A stretch of 62,520 bases of DNA from Moniliella sp. 'wahieum' (taxonomy: Eukaryota): assembly GCA_003971905.1 (NCBI GenBank), contig RSEE01000039.1, forward strand, positions 558,001 through 620,520. Reading direction: 5' to 3'. Of the stretch, positions 62,290-62,520 are shown in pieces. The notes beneath the pieces are model-generated. The model was given only the letters and a program-made list of their open reading frames with translations, searched no databases and was not told the origin of the DNA. Positions within the stretch are counted from its first letter, which is position 1; every line of letters begins with the position of its first letter. The position numbers and the translations under genes are program-made.

Positions 62290-62510
62290 GCTCAGCCCGC
62301 TCGGGCTGGTTCGCAGTCTCCCCCCGCCGAGCCTCGCTCCTGCCCTACGCTCAGGCTGCTCGGCTGGTTCGCAGTCTCCCCCCCGCCGGGCCTCGCTCCT
62401 GCCGCCAATTCTCAGGCTGCTCGGGCTGGTTCGCAGTCTCCCCCGCCGGGCCTCGCTCATCCTGCCCCTGCTGAGGCTGCTCCGCCTGGTCCGGTAGGTC
62501 CCCCCCCGGC
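62290..62510. repeat. 60-bp tandem repeat, ~4 copies (possibly coding on the minus strand)
   Basis: GCTGGTTCGCAGTCTCCCCC recurs with a 59-61-bp period. Confidence 0.85.
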
Positions 62511-62520
62511 CGTCCCTGAT

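Overview
Eukaryotic, GC-rich fungal DNA. The 5S, 5.8S and 18S signatures and the GTRNGT/CTRAC/YAG introns point to a basidiomycete, most likely Ustilaginomycotina. The assembly is error-prone: nearly every conserved gene carries single-base indels, so the ORF track fragments real genes. Left part (1-42.2 kb): a partial gene, an EMW1/TTC27-like TPR gene, a C2H2 zinc-finger gene, an A-T-R NRPS-like reductase, a gene-poor lower-GC island (~12.9-20.5 kb), a small secreted protein, a stand-alone Scs7-type cytochrome b5, CBP4, SUB2/UAP56, an intron-containing tRNA-Gln(CTG), a borealin-like gene, two large low-complexity genes and a gag-like fragment. Right part: one minus-strand rDNA unit (5S-IGS2-18S-ITS1-5.8S-ITS2-28S). 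Its 28S stops at the R1-retrotransposon target site and is followed by a structured segment and a degenerate 5S/spacer copy. Beyond the intact 5S lies ~9 kb of repeat-rich DNA. The most striking unexplained signal is a window-wide intergenic 7-bp pattern, T-N-A plus a mostly palindromic tetramer, in which the tetramer changes while the register is kept. The 18S decoding site also shows a compensatory C1404:G1497 to U:A change.
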